Source: Spirochaetia bacterium (GTDB taxonomy: Bacteria; Spirochaetota; Spirochaetia; SZUA-6; Bin103). From it: a DNA stretch of 64,000 nucleotides. Location of the stretch: positions 1,408,001 through 1,472,000 of the forward strand of contig CBDATQ010000002.1 in NCBI GenBank assembly GCA_965199955.1, written 5' to 3'. The stretch's first letter is position 1. Each line of letters opens with the position of its first letter. Below are positions 60,070 to 64,000 of this stretch, piece by piece. Below the pieces are notes generated by a model. The model was given only the letters and a program-made list of their open reading frames with translations. It ran no database searches and was not told where the DNA came from. A program made the position numbers and the translations under genes.

Positions 60070-60961
60070 GCGCCCAGTCGCTTCGAGCAGGACCTGCACC
60101 GAAGCTCGAACCAGCGCCGAGCCATCGCCCGAGTCCACAGCAACGATCTCGATGTGCCCTGGTCCCGCGTCGCCCGCCAGGAAGTCGACGGGCGCGGCGA
60201 ACGTCCCGAGCGTGCCCGAGTCCGCGTCGAGCGGGATCCTCCCCAAGCCGATCACACCGCCCCGGGCGTCGTACACCAGGTTAGGTCAGGCCATCGGCGC
60301 ACGGGTGCGTCGTATTTCCCCGAACCTCGACGCCCGTCGCGATCGTCTCCCCCGGCAGCGGATACGCGATCACGAGGGCCCGAGACGGTACCAGTCGCTT
60401 CCCACGCAGCATGAACGCCCGTGTTGTTTCGATCGAGGGGCAGCACAACCCGTCGCCTGGGCCGTGCGCGTCCATCGTTACGAAGATGTGGCGGCCCGAG
60501 ACGGCGATGCTCTTTACGCGTACGCGATCTCCCAGGAGCTCGCGGCCCGCCTGAACCGGCATGCCATTGCGGTTGCGCACCGCGAACAAATGGATGAACG
60601 TGCCGCTCCCGCCGGTGTTGACGAAGGCGACGACAGCCGCGTCGGCGACACCATCGCCGTCCAGGTCGCCAAAGGCGAAAAGATCGCCGACGAGGCCGGC
60701 TTCCATCCGCTCCGTCGCACCCGCGCCATACCGGATCGATCCCTGCCCGTCCCGGAATCGAATCGGGGTCTCCTCGTCGCCGAGCAGCGGCAGTTGGTAG
60801 TGGCCGTCACGGAGCTGTTCGAGCGTGAGCCGACGAGGCTCGCCGCCTGCGGGAGCTGTGGTGTGCTGCTGAGCCCCGGCCTCCGCCGAGACCACGAGCG
60901 AGCCGAGCGTGACAACCGCGAGCGCGAATCCCGTCCGCAAGCGTGCGAATCCGGTGTTCAT
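60070..60961 (-). pseudogene. Secreted protein with a C-terminal Gmad2-like Ig domain, frameshifted near 60282
   Basis: Signal peptide, GDLDGDG..DAAV...GGSGTF, LLGDRV, CCPS, I..PLPGETI...EVRG; continues LVYDARGGVIG...GTFAAPV in another frame. Confidence 0.55.
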
Positions 60962-61004
60962 CGCTCAGATCAGCCGGGGGCGGAGATGAGCTCGAAGGCG
61001 AAAG

Positions 61005-61688
61005 CTACTCGCGGGAGCCGAGTTCGGTCTTGAGCCAGGCGACGAGCTGCTGCTGGTTGCGCGTCTGCACCATGACATCACCGGGGCCGGTGAAGTCGAA
61101 CACGAAGCCCTCGCCCGACTTGATCGATTGCATGGAGCGGCCTTCCACAGCCCGCCGCAACTCGAAGGTGACCGTGTCGACGAAGGCCAGCACGTGGCTG
61201 GTGTCCACAACGACTGTCTCACCCGCCGCGAGCGAGATCACCTCCACGGCCCCATAGGACGCCACCAGCGCCTGACCCGAGCCGGAGGCGTGGATCATGA
61301 ACCCGCCCTCGCCGCCGAACAGCAACTTGGCCCCGCCCCACCTGGTGTCGATCTCGACGGATGCATCGGAGGCGAGCCAGTTGCCGCGTTCGATGATCCA
61401 GGAATGCGAGCCGTCCAGGTCGAGCACCTTGATGTCGCCAGGCAGTTTGGCGGCGACGTCCACCCATCCACCGGCGGCGGGTGCCGTATAGGTGGAGATG
61501 AACAGCGACTCGCCGCCGAGGACGCTGCGCTTGAGCCCCTTGAGCAGGCCGCCCTCCATGCGCGCCTCAAGGCCCATGCCCGGCGAGTGGGCCATCATCG
61601 CGCCCGCCTCCACCTTCAGTCGGTCGCCCCCGCCCATTCGGCACCGGGCTACCGCGAAGCTTGGAGCATGTCGAACCTCAGCCTCCAT
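61005..61688 (-). CDS. TIGR00266/AIM24 family protein
   Basis: KVEAGAMMA, GGESLFIS, LFGGEGGF, SYGA, VVDTSHVLAF, SGEGFVFDFTGPG.V.VQTRN. Confidence 0.9.
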   Translation of the reverse strand: MEAEVRHAPSFAVARCRMGGGDRLKVEAGAMMAHSPGMGLEARMEGGLLKGLKRSVLGGESLFISTYTAPAAGGWVDVAAKLPGDIKVLDLDGSHSWIIERGNWLASDASVEIDTRWGGAKLLFGGEGGFMIHASGSGQALVASYGAVEVISLAAGETVVVDTSHVLAFVDTVTFELRRAVEGRSMQSIKSGEGFVFDFTGPGDVMVQTRNQQQLVAWLKTELGSRE

Positions 61689-61804
61689 GATGCCGACCAT
61701 GGTAACATCCCTGCGATCCGCCGGCACCCCCCCCCGTAGCATCGCGTCAGTGGCCATGTGCAGTCGTTCCCCACGCACACGGATTGAATGTCGGTTCCTG
61801 GCAC

Positions 61805-62400
61805 TCAGTCGTCGGCACCGTGATGTCGTAGCCCAGCGCCGCGAAGTAGGAGTAGAACACGCTGGCGTGATAGCCCTCGTACTTCGCGACGTCGTTGTTG
61901 GTGCGCCATTCGTACGGGATGCTCGCGAAGAAGGCGTCTGCCGCCCGGCGTCCTGCACGAAGTGAGCAGCAATACGCGGTTCAGGCTCTGGCGGACCTCC
62001 CGGTTCGGATAGCCCAGCCGATACAGGGGCATGATAGCGGGGGCGCGATCCCCGCCTCCTCTGCGAGCTCTCCAATTGCGCCATCACGTCCTCGTCAAGC
62101 TCGCTCCGGTCCTGATAATTGCCGCTGCCGAAGTCGAGGCGCAGCACCGGATGGCGCTGTGACCATTCATGGCCGTCGTGGATGCGCAGCCCTTCGAACA
62201 GCTCCTGATTACCCTCGAACAACTCCTTCATCGTGTCGACCAGCAGACTCTTTGCCGAACCGTCGCGGGCGTGACAGGAAATAGTGCTTGCCTTCGTTGA
62301 GCAGCCGCTCGATGTAGGCGGTCTTGTCGACGTAGTAGCAGTCTCGCTCGCGCAGCTCGCGGAAGGTCTGCATGCCGATCGGGAGCCTGCGCCTGCTCAC
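61805..62400 (-). pseudogene. AAA-ATPase / PD-(D/E)XK nuclease gene with internal deletions
   Basis: Ordered fragments [30 protein letters not shown]...PVLRLDF, YRLGYPNREV and FFASIPY..YEGYHASVFYSYFAALG. Nuclease motif lost. Confidence 0.85.
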
Positions 62401-62528
62401 CGGATCATCTTATCTCCGCCGCCGCCGGGTGCTCAAACCCGTCCCAGGACTGATGAAAGTCGTGCGGTGCCCCTGCCGCCATGACATGCCGTACTGCGAT
62501 CAAGTAGCGTCGAAGGAGGGAGCGCGCC

Positions 62529-62989
62529 GTGGCAAAGCACCTGTTCATCGACGACCGCTTCGTCGCGGAGACGTCCGGTCTCACCCGGCGTTTCCATCAG
62601 GCGCGGAAGTGCGGGCGGAATCCGGTGATCCGCGCCGACCGGCCGTGGGAGAAGGACGCAGCGTTCGTCGACTCGGCGATGGTCGTCTACGACGAGGCGG
62701 CCGGCCGGCGTGCTGGTCACCGAGCCGTTCACGGCCGACGGGACGGCGATCGCCGTCAACGCCGACGCCCGCGGGTCGCTGCGGGTCGAGGTGCTCGACG
62801 AGGAAGGCCGGCCCGTGGCGGGCCTGGCCCGCGAGCAGGCGAAACCGATCGTCGGCGACCACCTGCGGGCGCGGGCCGCGTGGTCATCCGGATCGGACCT
62901 GGACTCCGTGCGGGGTCGCACCATTCGTCTGAAGGTACGTCGAGCACGGCGAACTGTACTCGCTGTCCATCGTCGACGACACCGGTTGA
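62529..62989 (+). pseudogene. Collapsed glycosidase-like propeller gene (N- and C-termini only)
   Basis: KHLFIDD...NPVIRADRPWE...VVYDEAAG joined at GCCGGCCGGC (62700-62709) to GVLVTEPF...VNADARGSLRVEVLD...IRLK...LYS. Confidence 0.65.
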
Positions 62990-63001
62990 CCAGCGCGTAC
63001 T

Positions 63002-63033
63002 TTGACTCATACGATTTCTCACAAGAGAAGTAT
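63002..63033 (+). promoter_or_regulatory. Candidate TA promoter/operator
   Basis: TTGACT at 63002, followed by the inverted repeat TTCTC-ACAA-GAGAA just before the antitoxin ATG. Confidence 0.45.
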
Positions 63034-63037
63034 TGCC

Positions 63038-63289
63038 ATGGCGAAAGTGAGGATCGCGGTGTCCGTCGAGCACTCGCTCGCGCAGCGCGCCGACGAGGTC
63101 GCGCGAACGTCGGGAACACCTCGCAGCCGCATCTACGCGCAGGCGCTGGAGGAGTTCCTGACCAGGTGGGAAAACCAGGCTCTCCTGCAAGGCATCAACG
63201 ACGCGTATGCCGACTTTCCCGACGAGGAAGAGGCGGCGACTCTGCGAAGGCTCGGACCCCGGCAGGAGCGCGTGCTCGATTCGTGGTAG
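63038..63289 (+). CDS. RHH antitoxin (MazE/ChpI-type partner)
   Basis: IAVSV...L...ADEVAR..G..RSRIYAQALEEFL...INDAY. Overlaps the toxin start. Confidence 0.8.
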   Translation: MAKVRIAVSVEHSLAQRADEVARTSGTPRSRIYAQALEEFLTRWENQALLQGINDAYADFPDEEEAATLRRLGPRQERVLDSW

Positions 63290-63660
63290 TCAGTCAGGGC
63301 GACCTGTTCTGGGTCGATCTCGGCGAGCCGTCGGGCTCGCGACCGGGATTCCGCCGGCCGTTCGTGGTGGTTCAGAACGATCTCTTCAATCGCAGCCGGC
63401 TGTCGACGGTCATCGTGTGCGCCCTGACGTCGAACGTGCGCCGGGCCGAGGCGCCGGGAAACGTGCTGTTGCCGAAGGGTGTCGGCAACCTCCCCGGGGA
63501 CAGCGTCGCCAACGTGACGCAGCTCGTCACGATCGACAAGGGTGAGCTGACCGACCGGATCGGGCGGCTCGGAAGGGATCTCGTGGTCGACATTCTCCGC
63601 GGGATCGACCTGGTCCTCGATCCCCGGCGGACCCTGGATGGCGGAACGGCCGCGACCTGA
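63283..63660 (+). CDS. mazF: PemK/MazF family toxin
   Basis: QGDLFWVDLGEP.GS.PG.RRPFVVVQND.FN.S.L.TVIVC.LTSN, SVANVTQLVTIDK. Confidence 0.93.
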   Translation: MVVSQGDLFWVDLGEPSGSRPGFRRPFVVVQNDLFNRSRLSTVIVCALTSNVRRAEAPGNVLLPKGVGNLPGDSVANVTQLVTIDKGELTDRIGRLGRDLVVDILRGIDLVLDPRRTLDGGTAAT

Positions 63661-63905
63661 GATCCGGTTCTGCGGTCCGATGGCAAGGGGAACGCCTGCT
63701 CCTGTTGATGATCTCGAAGCGCAGGTAGACCGGCTTGCCGGCCGCCGACAGGTCGGGGCTGCCGTTCCAGGCGACCGGCACGTCGTCCTGGTGCCGCGCA
63801 GCGCGTCCTAGTCGTCCAGGCTGAAGCCGTGTTAGGATCGCGTGGTGTATCCGTGCATGAGGGGAGTGATGTATTGATGGACGGGCGAGCCCGCGAGATC
63901 GAACC

Positions 63906-64000
63906 ATGAGCGGGACTATCGACATCGGCACGCGCCTGGAACCGATCGTCGACCGCTACCTGATCGACCGACTGGACGGTACCCGTCTGGCGCTGCAGCA
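63906..64000 (+). CDS. Start of a probable glycosidase-like propeller protein, runs off the window edge
   Basis: MSGTIDIGTRLEPIVDRYLIDRLDGTRLALQ, similar in style to the N-terminus of the 62529 family. Confidence 0.45.
   Translation, partial: MSGTIDIGTRLEPIVDRYLIDRLDGTRLALQ

Noticed and set aside
61005..62231. 408-aa ORF joining AAA-ATPase sequence to AIM24
   Set aside because: The middle is out-of-frame pseudogene sequence. AIM24 has its own start near 61688.
62710..63660. 316-aa ORF ending in MazF
   Set aside because: Chance open frame running across a relic and the antitoxin. The real toxin starts at 63283.

Overview
High-GC bacterial chromosomal window with no rRNA, tRNA or CRISPR array that I could see. 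The gene content is what is usually reported for uncultured marine or sponge-associated heterotrophs; the SBP leader style is spirochaete-like, but the taxonomy is inference only. The backbone is carbohydrate and organic-acid catabolism: enolase-superfamily enzymes, three intact Gfo/Idh/MocA dehydrogenases, a sulfatase, an amidase, a P450, PhyH, a DgaE/SelA-like enzyme, beta-propeller and beta-helix proteins, one peptide-type ABC importer and one sugar-type ABC importer. Small defence and selfish modules are scattered through it: Rpn nuclease, an HxH-motif gene plus DUF1828-like pair, a type III Res tail, dinJ, an MmeI-like tail, an intact DUF4011 helicase-nuclease, vapBC, UPF0175/DUF3368, an XhoI/PaeR7I-like R-M pair, mrr, an AAA/PD-(D/E)XK relic and mazEF. 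Three IS elements are present: IS256 and IS66, each with a perfect 8-bp target duplication, and IS1634 without a clear one. Three readable structures stand out. (1) A ~5.5 kb defence cassette sits inside a split enolase-superfamily gene, between imperfect 11-bp direct repeats. (2) Many 'collapsed' pseudogenes keep their ends but have lost their middles. (3) A translationally coupled two-gene module of unknown function (HxH protein + DUF1828-like) reappears when the IS256 is removed in silico; this is my best candidate for an uncharacterised system. Family calls come from motif recognition, not database searches.
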